DNA of 64,000 nucleotides, taken from Okamejei kenojei. Its lineage: Eukaryota. Shown in pieces: positions 12,503 through 24,945 of this stretch. Each line of letters begins with the position of its first letter. Positions within the stretch are counted from its first letter, which is position 1. The notes below the pieces were generated by a model, which had not been told where the DNA came from, searched no databases, and worked only from the letters and a program-made list of their open reading frames with translations. The stretch is taken from positions 9,734,001-9,798,000 of the forward strand of contig CM069147.1 in NCBI GenBank assembly GCA_035221665.1. The letters run 5' to 3'. The translations under genes were made by a program, and so were the position numbers.

Positions 12503-12815
12503 ACTAGTGGCAGAGTCTCGGAGTAGAAGTCATTGCCTCAGAATAAAAGGGCGCTCCTTTAGGAAGGAGATGAGAAGGAATTTCTTTAGTCAGAGGGTGG
12601 TGAATCTGTGGAATTCTTTGCCACAGAAGGCTGTGGAGGCCAAGTCAATGGATATTTTTAAGGCAGAGATAGATAGGTTCTTGATTAGTACAGGTGTCAG
12701 GGGTTATGGGGAGAAGGCAGGAGAATGGGGTTAGGAGGGAGAGATAGATCGGCCATAATTGAATGGCCGAGTAGACTTGATGGGCCGAAGGGTCTAATTC
12801 TGCTCCTATCACTTC
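12503..12815 (+). mobile_element. CR1 LINE 3' fragment
   Basis: ESRSRSHCLRIKGRSFRKEMRRNFFSQRVVNLWNSLPQ. Confidence 0.9.
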
Positions 12816-13709
12816 TGACTGTCTGACCACAGCGTCTGTGTAGAAAATGACGACAAAATAAACTATTCTCTTCTGCCCGAGTATATTTTCCTCTGTGCAT
12901 CTGTAGAGGTTTGTAAGAGTGAGTAGTGACATGCCAAATTTCCTCAGTCTCCTAAATAAGTAGAAGCAAGTAAGTAATGTTTTGCATCAATATCGTAGTT
13001 TCACAAAAGATCGCTAGTAATTATCTTTGAAACAATTAAGCATTAAAAGGTAATTAAAATCAACAATCAAAAGCACTGTAATTAAAAAATACTCTGCCAT
13101 CTCCTTGTAGAGATGTGCAGGAAGGAACTGCAGACGCTGGTTTAAACCAAAGGTAGACACAAAAAGCCGGAGTAACTCAGGCATCATCTCTGGAGAGAAG
13201 GAATGGGTGGCGTTTCGGGTCGAGAACCTTCCTCAGACGTAGAGAGGATTTGGCAGAACTGAAGGACTTCACTCTGGGTGGCACAAAGGTGCAGCATTGC
13301 AAGGGACTACGAGTGCTGTCTGTGTGGAGTTTATACGTTCTCCCTGGCATCTCCCTCTAATAGTGCTGGAACAAGTAAAGGCAAAGCGTTGCTGCCTGGG
13401 TTCGATCCTGACTTGCTGGCTGTGCGGAGTTTGTACGTAAGATGTGGGTTTTCTTCAGGATTCCCCTCACTTCCTAAAGTGGTGCAGGTTTGTAGGCTAA
13501 TTGGCTTCTGTAAATCGCCACTAGTGTGCAGGGGCGATGGTCTGTGTGGACTCCACATCCATGCTGAACTGAACCAAACTAAACTCAGGGGATCAGTAAA
13601 TAGCTACTGGCTTATACAGGGAGATCAGCTTCAGAGTTAGCGATGGATACGATGACAGAGCTTCATGTTCCAAGACTTACAGAAGTCTCATAAGGCCAGT
13701 AACACCACT

Positions 13710-14070
13710 TAGAAACATAGAAACATAGAAAATAGCTGCAGGAGTAGGCCATTGATCCCTTAGAGCCAGCACCACCATTCAATATGATCATGACTGACCA
13801 ACCAGAATCAGTACCCCGTTCCTGCATTCTCCCCATGTCTTGGTTCCCTTAACGAGTGAATACATCTAGAATTAGCCTCCACTGCCTCTGTGAATTCTAC
13901 CGATTCCCAACTCTGGCTGAAAACTCAGTCCTAAATGGGCAACCCCTTATTCTTAAACTGTGGCCCTGATTCTGGACTCCCCTAACATGGGGTGCATCTC
14001 GCCTGTCCCCCCATAGGATTCCTCTCCTCCTTCTAAACTTGAACATAAGCCCAGTCGATCCATTCCACTT
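13710..14070 (-). mobile_element. CR1 LINE 3' fragment
   Basis: GHSLRIRG motif; tail (TTTCTATG)n. Confidence 0.75.
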
Positions 14071-14224
14071 GAACCAACAACGCCAATGTAACAAGATGTA
14101 ACTACATGCCTCGATGTGTTAAACTCAGTAACCCGGTGCAGTTTTATCTGCACAATTAGCAGTGCATTTAGGACTTTAAGTCGCAGTAATTTTGAATTTT
14201 TAGACATTAGATTTTCGACTTTGG

Positions 14225-14530
14225 AGATTGAGATCCGGTGTGGAAACAGGCCCTTCGGCCCACCAAGTCCACACTGTCCAACAATCACCACGTACACTAG
14301 CACTGGGCTACACAAGGGGCAATTTACAGTTCACAGAAGCCAATTAACCCTACAAACCTGTGCTGCCTTTGGAGTGTGGGAGGAAACCGGAGCACCCGGA
14401 GAAAACCCACGCAGGTCACGGGGAGAATGTACAAACTCCGTACAGATGGCACCCATAGCCGGGATCGATTCCGTGTATCTGACGTTGTAAGGCAGCAACT
14501 CTTCCGCTGCGCCACCACACTGTGCCACCC
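14225..14530 (-). mobile_element. HE1-like V-SINE
   Basis: A box, V core and tail on the minus strand. Confidence 0.85.
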
Positions 14531-14736
14531 CAAATACAAATATCCAAAATATATTAAAATCTTTTGAAACAAAATAGACGACAACTGAACCACTATTTCC
14601 CAATTATAATTTCCCCTGCTACTAACTATCAGGGTCTCACATTCACGACTATTTCTTCCTACAATCTTAGAGTAACCCTAGAAAAGTGTTTTTTTTAAAT
14701 ATTTCTTGCTGCTTTGCTCCCATGTTATGACAATAA

Positions 14737-15170
14737 ACAATAGACAATAGGTGCAGGAGTAGGCCATTTGGCCCTTCGAGCCAACACCGCCATTCAATAT
14801 GACCATGGCCGATCATCCCCAATCAGTACCCCGTTCCTGCCTTCTCCCCATATCCCCTGATTCCACTATCTTTAAGAGCCCTATCCAGCTCTCTCTTGAA
14901 AGCATCCAGAGAACCTGCTTCCACCTTGACTCTGCTATTTATAAGCGCCCCATCTCGCTCTCTCTTGAAAGCATCCAGAGAACCTGCCTCCATCGCCCTC
15001 TGAGGCAGAGAATTCCACAGACTCGCCACTCTCTGTGAGAAAAAGTGTTTCCTCGTCTCCGTTCTAAATGGCTCACTCCTTATTCTTAAACTGTGGCCCC
15101 TGGTTCTAGACTTCCCCCAACATCGGGAACATGTTTCCTGCCTCTAGTGTGTCCAAGCCCTTAAAAATCG
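14737..15170 (-). mobile_element. CR1 LINE 3' fragment with a ~68-bp internal duplication
   Basis: EAGSLDAFKRE occurs twice in ORF 14823-15029; tail (TATTGTC)n. Confidence 0.85.
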
Positions 15171-15269
15171 TGAATTTTTGTTACTTGCTGGTCACTAAAA
15201 CTCTCTCAAGCTCATTGCATTTATGAGCATTGTGATGTCTCTTTTCATCTAAATTCTTTCTAAGAATAG

Positions 15270-15545
15270 CGAGGTGGTTAGCATCCAGATGCCTGGTTTA
15301 TTGGGCTGGAGACAGCATTTTGAATCCCATTCTGTCAGCTGGGGAAATTAAATTCAGTTAATTAAATAAATCTGCGAGTGAAAAGCTATTATCATTAAAG
15401 GTGATCATGAAACTACCAGACTGCCGGGGAACGCATCTGGTGGTATTAACATCCTGAAGGACAGGAATCTGTCATTCTTGCATCACTTGTCCATTATCCG
15501 ATCTCCAGCCTACCAGTGCGACTGATTCAGTAAATGGTCTTCGGA
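15270..15545 (+). mobile_element. Older, diverged SINE of a second family
   Basis: B-box-like TTTGAATCCC, then AAATTCAG..TAAATCTG..AAAAGCT..GGTGATCATGAAAC..CATCTGGT; related copies near 38990 and 58350. Confidence 0.5.
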
Positions 15546-15549
15546 GTCT

Positions 15550-15780
15550 AGTTTAGTTTAGTTTAGTTTAGAGATACAGCACCGAAACCAGGCCCCTCGG
15601 CAATTAGCCTACAAACCTGTACGTCTTCAGAGTGTGGGAGGAAACCGGATATCCTGGGGAAAACCCACATGGCGGGTCACGGGGAGGACGCACAAACTCC
15701 GTACAGACAGCACCGGTAGTCGGGATCGAACCCGGGTCTCCGGCGCTGTAAGGCAGTAATTCTACCGCTGCCCCACCCAT
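15550..15780 (-). mobile_element. HE1-like V-SINE with internal deletion
   Basis: B box, V core, (TAAAC)n tail. Confidence 0.8.
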
Positions 15781-17149
15781 TGCACTTAGATGAACTTAGT
15801 CACTTAGTTCAAAGACATTTGGTATGTGGGACCAATTTTGTCCTTGCCATCAATGTTCATAACCAGTGAAACACCTTTAAAAAAGGGGACATTAAGACTG
15901 CAAGATTCATGGAAATTGCCAGGGAAAGTCAGTTTCTTTGCACGATACTTCATTACGAGAGCTGGGAACGGTGCCATAAAACATGGACCAGTGCAGCACA
16001 GGAACAGGCCCTTCAGCCCACAATGCCTGTGACAAACATGATGCCAGGATGCACTAATCTCATCTACCGATATGTGATCCATAGCCCTCTGATTCCCTGC
16101 ATTTTCATGTGCCTATGAAAAAGTCTCTTAAAAGTATCCTAATGTTGTAAAACGCCTCCTGATGTCATAATTCCTCTCAAACTTGGTTGCTCATCCACCT
16201 CTGTATATTTGAAAGCACTCACACTTTGGAAGCATTGATGGAGGTAGCAATGAGCTAAAGGCATGTGTTGTGAGTGTCAATAGACAATAGACAATAGGTG
16301 CAGGAGTAGGCCATTCGGCCCTTCGAGCCAGCACCGTGTCGGCTAATGCTGAATTATTGGATGAGATTTTCAAAGGGCAGCAAGTAGCTTTCAAGAGACT
16401 TTCTGACCATGCCTCTCATAATGTTATACACTTGTATCAGCCTACGAAACTCCAGACAAAACAACCCAAATTTGTCCAAATACTTCTCATGGCTAATACA
16501 CTTCAATCCAGTTCTGCAGCTAAATCTTTGGGGGAAAAAACATAATTAAAATCCTATAAAGCATACCGGGCAGGTGGGACTGGTGTAGCTGGGACATATT
16601 GGCCGGTGTGGGTAAGTCGGGCTGAAGGGCCTGTTTCCACACTGCATCACTCTATGGCGCTGTGACTCTAGCCATGCTCTGGAGCTCATACGCATTTGAA
16701 GTGTCTGCAATACCTGCAGATGGTTCCTGCTGATGATTATTCACTGTATAATGAACTGTTCAGTACGTGGGTCAGCTTGTAGTGTGATGTTTCCACAACC
16801 AGTGCAAACGATTGTTCAGATTGAATTTTCAGCAGTTTGCAATTTGTGCTTAAAATGCTGTGATCTTTAGCACCTATTAGCTGTGAAAGAAACAACCCAG
16901 AGGAAGAGACACTAAGTGTTGGAATAACGCAGCGTGCCAGGCAACATCTCAGGAGAACATGGAAAGGTGACGCTTCAGGTTGGAAGAAGGGTCCCGATTC
17001 GAAAGGTCACCTGTCCATGTTCTCCGGAGATGCTGCCTGACCCGCTGAGATACTCCAGCACTTTGTGCCATTTAAAAAATCTAATCTGACCCAACTCAAA
17101 CGCATCAGTACACGCCAATTTCATTGAGATGCCAATACGAGTCAGACTT

Positions 17150-17424
17150 AGCTTCAAGCCTGATTGGTGTTTGTTGGTGAGTTCTGGCGATGAGGCATTT
17201 TGTCACAAGCTGGGCAATCTGTTCTGGGAACCGCACCACAGGATCCATGGAGTCATTTCCCTGCAATGCCTGCAGAACATTCCGTGCTGACAACTGCCCG
17301 ATAGACTCGTGGTCAAAGGTATTGGTCTGGAAGAACCTTTCCACAAAGGACAGGTGGTGGGGCAATGTCCAGCTATCCGGCACATTGGAGGCATTTGTGC
17401 CAGGCCCTAACCTTTGCAACGGCA
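17150..17424 (-). mobile_element. Tx1/L1-clade LINE ORF2 fragment (downstream half of a split copy)
   Basis: LQRLG...NVPDSWTLPHHLSFVERFFQTNTFDHESIGQLSARNVLQAL...DPVVRFPEQ. Confidence 0.7.
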
Positions 17425-17608
17425 GGGCGGCACTGTGGTAGAGTTGCTGCCTTACAGCACCAGAGACCCAGGTTCGATCCTGACCACGAATGCTGACTGT
17501 ATGGAGTTTGTACCTTCTCCTTGTGACCGCGTAGGCTTTCTCCGAGACCTTCGATTTCCTCCCACACTCCAAAGACGTGCAGGTTTGTAGGTTAATTGGC
17601 TTGGTATC
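17425..17608 (+). mobile_element. HE1-like V-SINE 5' part, interrupted by Gypsy
   Basis: GGGCGGCAC..GGTAGAGTTGCTGCC..GGTTCGATCC..GTTAATTGGCTTGGTATC; resumes at 20911. Confidence 0.9.
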
Positions 17609-17803
17609 TGTAGATCAGTGTCACTCATGTTATGAGTCGTACTGTAGTTCCACCCATGGATTAATAGAAAGCCTTCTTTCCCTATCTTCTCTAGTCTGGA
17701 TCTATGTGTTAAGATGAAGTTACCTGTGCTGTATTGCTAATAAAAGTCTTTGAACCTTAATCATTGTTCGTGAGTTAAGTCATTCGAATAACAGGTTCCA
17801 ACA
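17609..17803 (+). repeat. 5' LTR
   Basis: TGTAGATCAGTG...AGGTTCCAACA; ~90% identical to 20703-20905 by manual count; contains AATAAA. Confidence 0.95.
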
Positions 17804-17806
17804 ACA

Positions 17807-17824
17807 TGGTGTCAGAAGTGGGAT
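17807..17824 (+). promoter_or_regulatory. Primer binding site, tRNA-Leu(CAA) type
   Basis: TGGTGTCAGAAGTGGGAT, 3 nt after the LTR, complementary to the vertebrate tRNA-Leu(CAA) 3' end. Confidence 0.85.
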
Positions 17825-18149
17825 TTGAGAGCAGGTTTTCATGGTCGAGTGATTTGACAGATTGTCTTGTTCGAACTCTGTTGCTCTGCGAGCGGCAGCA
17901 TTTCAAGAAGTGGTTCCTTTTTGTTTACAGAAATGACAAAACTTGCCATACGCAGGGCAACAGTCACAAGCTGCAATATGTGAACCCCCACAGTTAAAAC
18001 AATTGTCTATGAGTCTAGCGATAGAGCTGTTGGGCACTTGAGGAGAACGGCGAGAGGTTTGATAAAATGTGCCGGCAACATTAATGTCATGAGCAGAGTG
18101 GGGCCATGTCCCAAAACTTTTGTCTGAGCATCAGTCATTTTACACAGCC

Positions 18150-20330
18150 ATTAAATGACCTCACTATCCCATGCGCACTGTGGACGAGATTGCAATGCAG
18201 CTGGCTGAAGCGACTGTATTCACAGGACTAGATGCCAAGAGTTCATTCTGGCAGATTCTGCTGGAATGCAACTCATCTACGTTAACTATCTTCAGCACAC
18301 CATTTGGGCGATACAGATTTCTTCGCATGCCTTTTGGCATAACCTCTGCTAGTGAAGTATATCAACGAGCTATGGAGCAATTGTTTGCAGGTTACCCGTG
18401 CTCCATTGTAGTGGATGATATCCTCCTTGTTGGACGAACTGTCGAAGAACACGATGCTAATCTGACAAAGGTCCTGGACCGCGCCAATGCCATCAATCTC
18501 GTTAAACCCTCAAAAATGCAAATTCAGGGTAACTGAGATTAAATACGTAGGCCATGTGTTCACTAAGGATGGCCTAAAAACTGATCCGGTGAAAATCAGT
18601 GCCATCAACGAGCTCCAGCACTCTCAGACGTGCTCAGTCTGCAGAGATTCCTTGGCATGGTTAACTACCTGAGTAAATTTATTCCGAACGTCAGTGAAAT
18701 ATCAGCCCCGCTGCGCCAGTTTACCCACAAAGACACTGTTTGGGCTTGGCACGAGCAACAGCGGAGGGCGTTCGACACCTTTAAGCAGCAGATGTCTTGT
18801 GCTCCTACTCTTGCTTATTTTGATCCTAAACGACGGGTCACACTGACCTGTGATGCTTCACAACACGGACTTGGCGCAGTATGTCTTCAAAATGACGGTA
18901 GTGGCAAAAAGCCTGTCGTCGATGCCTCGCGCACCATGACTGACACAGAACAACGCTACGCCCAAATTGAAAAGGAGCTGCTAGCGATAGTTTTCACCTT
19001 CAAGAAGTGTAACGACTTTATCTTTGGATATACGATCACGATTGAAACTGACCACCAACCTCTGGTCAGCATCTTTAACAAACCGGTTCATGCCTCTCCA
19101 GGATGCCTGCAGCGGATGCTGGTGCAACTTCAAAAGTATGACATTGTTCTGACCTACAAAAAACGTGATAAGGATATGCACCTGGCTGACACTCTCTCCC
19201 GTGTACCCCGTAAGACCGGCGAGGGTCCGCCCTCACCGGATGACAACTTTCTCATAATGATTGTGTCTTTTATTCCCTCGTCCTGTGAGGAGGACCTGAT
19301 TGCCCACACTGCTGCTGACAGTACCTTACGGTCACTCACCTCCGTCATTAAGCGCGGCTGGCCAGACAAACACTACAATGTATCGCTGCCCGTTTGGCCC
19401 TTCTTTGCCATCCGTGATGAGCTAGTACTGCAGGAAGGCATTATTGTAAAAGACCACAAGGCTGTAGTCCCTGCTTCACTGCATAGCAAGTATTTTAACG
19501 CTGTCCATGCAGGGCACCCAGGCTCTGAAGCCTACGTGAATCATGTTTTACTGGCCTGGTTTGGCTGAATACATCCTCGAGAATGTGGCATCATGTGCAG
19601 TGTGTAAAAGCTTGGCACCTCTTCAACAAATGCAACCACTTCTCTCACACCTGGCTCCTGCCCTCCCGTGGTCTACAGTGGCAACTGACGTATTTGAGTG
19701 GCATGGCAAGCAGTACCTGGCACTTGTCAACTCGTATTCCGGCTGGTTTGACATCGATTTTCTTAGCAGCCCCACCTCGCAAGGTAGTTTTAAAACTCGC
19801 TCCCCGTTTTGCAGACCACGGAGCTCCTTGCATACTGCTATATGATAAAGGTGATCAATTTACCAGCCAACACTTCAAAGAGTTTGCTGCATGCTGAGGT
19901 TTTGGCCACATGACCAGCAGCCCTGAATGTTCGCAGTCGAATGGGCTGGCTGAACGGGCTGTCAAGAGTGCCAAGCAACTCATGGAACGATCCCACACAG
20001 CTAACACCGACGTGTACCTGGACCTGCTCAACCTACGCAACATCTCCCGCGACCATGACGTTTATTGTCAAGGCAGACCCGAGCCACAGTGCCTGTGGCA
20101 GATCAGGCATTGATCCCGCAGGTGGTCCTGCCATCAGAAAAACAGTGGTATGACTAAACAAGCAGGCCGCTGCCACCATTGACCAAGGGGCAGGTGGTTC
20201 GTTTGCAAACTGACAAAGGTCATGAGCGTATCGGTGTAATTTCTGGAACAGCCTCTGAGCCACGCTCATATTTGGTCAGTGCTGATAGCGGCACATACAG
20301 GCGTAACAGACAACATATCCTGCCTGTGAA
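18150..20330 (+). pseudogene. pol: Gypsy pol remnant (RT, RNase H, integrase) with frameshifts and stops
   Basis: RT LDAKSSFWQ, TPFGRYRFLRMPFG, VVDD; RNase H CDASQHGLGA, YAQIEKELLA, TDHQPL; integrase HAGHPG..CAVC, ATDVF, SNGLAERAV spread over several frames. Confidence 0.92.
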
Positions 20331-20691
20331 CGGCACCACCTCCGTATTATCCAGACCGTACAACTGTACATCCAGCGGCATCGGTCCGCCTGTACCAGCA
20401 CTGCAACTTACTTCTGAAATGGGTACTCTGCCAATGCCGACACCTCCTCCGCCTGTGCCAAAGTCCCCTGTTTCATCACCGGGAGTGCCGTTTCAATCTC
20501 GGCCACCAGTCTTACCGCCAACTCTGTTCCCGGCGGCGTAAAACGGAGATGGTCTTTATCGCACAGGTGCTGGTCATGTTTGCAAGCCCGCTGTGAAGTA
20601 CCCGGGCTATGTTTGACTTTCCTCCAGCTTATTATCAATGGCTATGCATGCTTTAGTTAGTCAATGGCTTTGTACTGACATTTAATTCTTT

Positions 20692-20702
20692 AAGAGGGAG
20701 GA
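20692..20702 (+). promoter_or_regulatory. Polypurine tract
   Basis: AAGAGGGAGGA immediately before the 3' LTR. Confidence 0.85.
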
Positions 20703-20905
20703 TGTAGATCAGTGTCATTCATGTTATGAGTCATACTGTAGCTCTGCCCACTGGGTTAATAGAAAGCCTTCTTTCCCTTTCTTCTCCAGTCTTGAGCTAA
20801 GTGTTAAGACGAAGTTACCTATGCTGTATTGCTAATCAAAGTCTTTGGACCTTAATCACTGCTCACTACTCGTGAGTTAAGTCATTCGAATAACAGGTTC
20901 AAACA
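20703..20905 (+). repeat. 3' LTR
   Basis: TGTAGATCAGTG...AGGTTCAAACA followed by the TSD GTATC. Confidence 0.95.
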
Positions 20906-20910
20906 GTATC

Positions 20911-21006
20911 AATGGAAGTTGTCTCTAGTGTGTGCGGGAAAAGTGGTAATGTGTGGGGATCGCTGGACAGTGCGGACTCGGAGGGCTGAAAGGCCACCTC
21001 TAAACT
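20911..21006 (+). mobile_element. HE1-like V-SINE 3' part
   Basis: TTGTCTCTAGTGTGT..GGGGATCGCTGG..GCGGACTCGG..CTCTAAACT continues the SINE broken at 17608. Confidence 0.85.
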
Positions 21007-21200
21007 GAGGGAAACACCGGGGGCAGGTAGAGCCTCAACAAGTCGTGACACTTGGTGCCCACGAGCTTTGGCTCTACGTACTGCCTGATGCAGCCACACA
21101 CGAAGGTGGCCATCGGGATGAGGGTGACGCTGTTGCCCCCGTTGTCTGCCAGCGTGTGCATCGTGACCCGTCAGACCCACTCCACCTTGACCGGATCACC
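21007..21200 (-). mobile_element. Tx1/L1-clade LINE ORF2 fragment (upstream half of the split copy)
   Basis: Manual translation: RVTMHTLADNGGNSVTLIPMATFVCGCIRQYVEPKLVGTKCHDLLRLYLPPV, which appears to continue into LQRLG near 17420. Confidence 0.7.
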
Positions 21201-21467
21201 TCTGCTCTATGGCTGGAGAGCTGCTGGCTGGATAAGTGCTCGAGTTGTATAATTTAACCCTCTTTAGAGACGAGGTGAGGGGGCGGCAAATCATTGCTGT
21301 AACTTCACTTCCACAAGTAAAATATCATCAATCAGAAAAGGCTCTCTGTGGTTAGGATGCAGCAGTGTCATTGAACAGCTCTCTCCTGAGATTCAAATAA
21401 CCTAGTTGCTGTTCTATCAATGCTGGCAGATTGGTTCCCGGCCTGCAAATTCTCTGGAAAGGTTCAT

Positions 21468-21755
21468 TTAGTTTAGAGATACAGCGCGGAAACACCGCAG
21501 AGTCCACACCGACCAGTGATCCCCGCACACTAATGTTATCCTACGCGCACTAGTGGCAATTTACACTAATACCAAGCCAATTAACCTACAAAACTGTACA
21601 TTTTTGGAATGTGGGAGGAAACCGAAGATCTCGGAGAAAACCCACGCAGGTCATGGGGAGAACGTACAAACTCTGTACAGACAAGCGCCCGTAGTCGGGT
21701 TCGAACCGGGGTCTCTGGCGCTGCAAGCACTGTAAGGCAGCAACTCTACCGCTGT
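21468..21755 (-). mobile_element. HE1-like V-SINE
   Basis: B box GGTTCGAACC, V core, tail. Confidence 0.85.
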
Positions 21756-22369
21756 CCTTCCCCCAGAGAGACTGCTTCCACTTTCCCTTGTAATCCTACT
21801 GTTGTTGCCAAGTGAATTCTCTGCTGACGCACAACATAATTGCCACTCAATACGGTGGCTTAAAGCCAATGTGTGTTTGCGGTCTTTAAAGTTACTTCAA
21901 TTATACCATAATACATGTGGGGTATTATGTCATTTCACACAGTTAACAGCTGCTGATTTTGTTAGGTTAGGTCTGCTCACTAATAACTAAATTGATCGGC
22001 ACTTGCGTAATTGTGCGGTAATAGATTAGAGACAATGCAAAGTAGATGTAATTATACCCAAAGCAAGTTCATCGCCAAATTAAAAGAAACAAATCCACGA
22101 CAGGCAGCAGGTAGAAACATTCTTTCAAGCAAGCTAACCTGTCAGAACACAGCTAGATTTCCATATTGATCCGTATTCAGACTTCCATCACATTAACCTA
22201 TTCACTGCCAATTTGTTTTACACTATTGGCCGATCCTGCAATGCCGCCAGGACAACTGACCTTCATGGTCAGGTCAAGAACTCTACACGTACAAGAAAAG
22301 GAACTTGAAAATGGTGCCAAAGTGGCGACTCTGTATACTGTCAGGGTGTACTGCTGCTCGAGAGTGTTA

Positions 22370-22571
22370 AGGGCCTGTCCCACTTGGGCGCGTTTTTTGT
22401 GTGTCATGCAGAATTTGTACATCCCAAAATCCTGGGGCGCCGTGCGCGACTGCGCATCACTGCCTACGTCACCACGCACCATGCGCGCATCACGTGCGGT
22501 TCACGAAGCGCGAAGCGTAAATGATGTCGCGTAAATGACAAGCAAAATGACGCCCACGTGGGACAGGTCCT
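22370..22571. mobile_element. PIF/Harbinger MITE inserted in a CR1 tail
   Basis: TIRs AGGGCCTGTCCCACTTGGGCG / CGCCCACGTGGGACAGGTCCT; TTA TSD at 22367-22369 and 22572-22574; CR1 AGAGTGTTA|GATGTAGCTCTTAGGG rejoins across it. Confidence 0.9.
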
Positions 22572-22938
22572 TTAGATGTAGCTCTTAGGGCTAACGGAAT
22601 CAAGGGATATGGGGAGAAACGGGGTACTGATTTTGGATGATCAGCCATGAGTGCTGGCTCGAAGGGCCGAATGGCCTACTTCTGCACCTATTTTCTATGT
22701 TTTAATATTTACTAAACACTTCCACTGTATCTGAGATGCTTATCTAACATGTATCTAAGTGCTTTTGTATAGTGACACTTGCACTGAACTGCATACAAAA
22801 ATGAATCTCACTGTACCTCAATACATGCGACACATAAAGTACCAATACTAATGAGTAGGAAGTAACTGCATTTGGTAGACACAAAAAGCTGGAGTAACTC
22901 AGCGGGACAGGCAGAATCTCTGGAGAGAAGGAATGAGT

Positions 22939-22966
22939 GACGTTTCGGGTCGAGACCCTTCTTCAG
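22939..22966 (-). ncRNA. Minimal hammerhead ribozyme core within a Penelope-derived inverted module (~22855-23003)
   Basis: Minus strand CTGAAGA A GGGTC-TC-GACCC GAAAC GTC. Confidence 0.55.
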
Positions 22967-24300
22967 CCTGGCCCACTGAGTTACTCCAGCTTTTTGTGTC
23001 TACCAATGACCTACGTAAACTCGGGGATGGCACTGAACAGTTTGGGTGTTTTGCTTCTTTGGAAATCATTTTTAAATTGATGAAAGTGGCTACTTATGTA
23101 AATACTATGACAATAATGTCAGCCTGCACTTTCCGCATTCAGAATGTAGAAATAAGGTGAGGAAGCCCACTCGAGATATAATATTAATAACTTACAACAC
23201 ATCGTCCATCTTCTCATTTCACTCCTACCGTCGGGAAGATGTGCAAAGATCATGAGGGGAATTGGGAATTGATAGGATGAATGCACCGGGTGTTTAGTCT
23301 GGTTTGATTAATTTAACTTAGAGATAAAGAGTGGAAACAGGCCCTTTGGCCCACTGAACCCACGCTGGCCAATGGCCACACATACACTAGCTCTATCCTA
23401 CACACTAGGGGGTATTTACAGAAGACAATTACCCTACAAACTTGCACATCTTTGGAATGTGGGAGGAACTCGGAGTACACGGAGAAAACCCACGCAGGGA
23501 GAACGTACAGACTCTGTACTGATGGCACTCGTGGTCCGGATCGAACCCGGCTCTCTGATGTTCTAAGTCAGCCACTCTTCCGCTCAGATGCTGTTAATCC
23601 CCACCATTAAACTGCGGAACGTGTAATCTCCACTGAGCTCATTTCAAAAGTCAAGAGAATCAAGAGTATTTAATTGTCACATGTAGCGCCGATGGTACAA
23701 GTCTGGGGAAGGGTCTCGACCCGATTCATTGCCTGTTCCTTCTCTCCAGAGATGGTACCTGACCCTCTGAGTTACTTCAGCATTTTGTATCTACGGTGTA
23801 AACCAGCATCTGCATTTCCTCCCTGCACAATGGTACAATGAATTTCTTACTTGCCGCTGCTTAACATGCCTGTAAACACAATAATTGTAGATAATATATA
23901 ATAAACTGGGATTAAACTAGTGTACGGGTGACAGCTCGTAGCTGCGGACTCGGCGATCCCACGCTGTATCTCTAAACTAACTAAAGTAATTCAATGCTGG
24001 CTCACACCTATGAAGCTCACATCTCTTCAATGGAGATAAGAAGAGTCCTTTCATTACTATTTTGCCTCTTCAGACCCAATGATTCAAATTGAATTTCAAC
24101 TCATCTGCTTGCACATCATCCATATCCTTCCAAATCCGTGCCTGTTACAAGGCTCCTCAAACGGCACAATCGTATCGGCTTCCATCGCCAACCCCGGCAG
24201 CAAGTTCCAGGGACTCACCATTCCCCACGTAATAAAACTTGCCCCTTACAGTTACCTGGATAGGAAAGGTTTGTGCAGAGGGATAGGGGCCAAACCAGGG

Positions 24301-24627
24301 GCAGACGGGACTAGTGTAGATGGGACATCTTGGTTGGCGTGGGCAAGTTGACCTAAAGGGCCAGTTTTCACGCTGCAAGACTATGACATCTCCTTCAAAC
24401 ATTCTCCCTGCAGACGGGACTAGTGTAGATGGGACATCTTGGTTGGCGTGGGCAAGTTGACCTAAAGGGCCAGTTTTCACGCTGTATGACTATGACATCT
24501 CCTTCAAACATTCTCCCTGCAGACGGGACTAGTGTAGATGGGACATCTTGGTTGGCGTGGGCAAGTTGACCTAAAGGGCCAGTTTTCACGCTGTATGACT
24601 ATGACATCTCCTTCAAACATTCTCCCT
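24301..24627 (+). repeat. Tandem repeat, 109 bp x 3
   Basis: Units start at 24301, 24410 and 24519; near identical. Confidence 0.95.
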
Positions 24628-24704
24628 CTCACCATAAAGCTATGCCCTGTTAGCTAACGAGCTACAAATTAGTACAGATTTTTAGTTAATTTTAGATCTT
24701 TTAG

Positions 24705-24945
24705 GGGGGCACAGTGGCGCAACGGTAGAGTTGCTGCCTTACAGCGCCAGAGACCGTGGGTTCGATCCTGACCATGGCTGCTCTCTGTACAAAGTATGTG
24801 TATTGTCCCGATGACCTGCGTGGGTTTTCTTCCGGTGCTCCGGTTTCCTCCTACACGGGAAGTGCTAATGTATGGTCGGCGCGGATTGGTGGGCTGAAGG
24901 GTCTGTTTCTGCGCTGTGTCTCTGAACTAAACTAAACTAAACTAA
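24705..24945 (+). mobile_element. HE1-like V-SINE
   Basis: A and B boxes, V core, (TAAAC)n tail. Confidence 0.85.

Larger units (their letters stand above)
17609..20905 (+). mobile_element. Gypsy LTR retrotransposon, decayed, gag/protease region missing
   Basis: TG...CA LTRs, 5-bp TSD GTATC (17604-17608, 20906-20910), PBS, PPT, RT-RNaseH-integrase order. Confidence 0.95.

Noticed and set aside
16680-16860. Possible ancient Deu-domain SINE remnants (also ~27600-27700)
   Set aside because: Similarity too weak to support by eye; needs an HMM search
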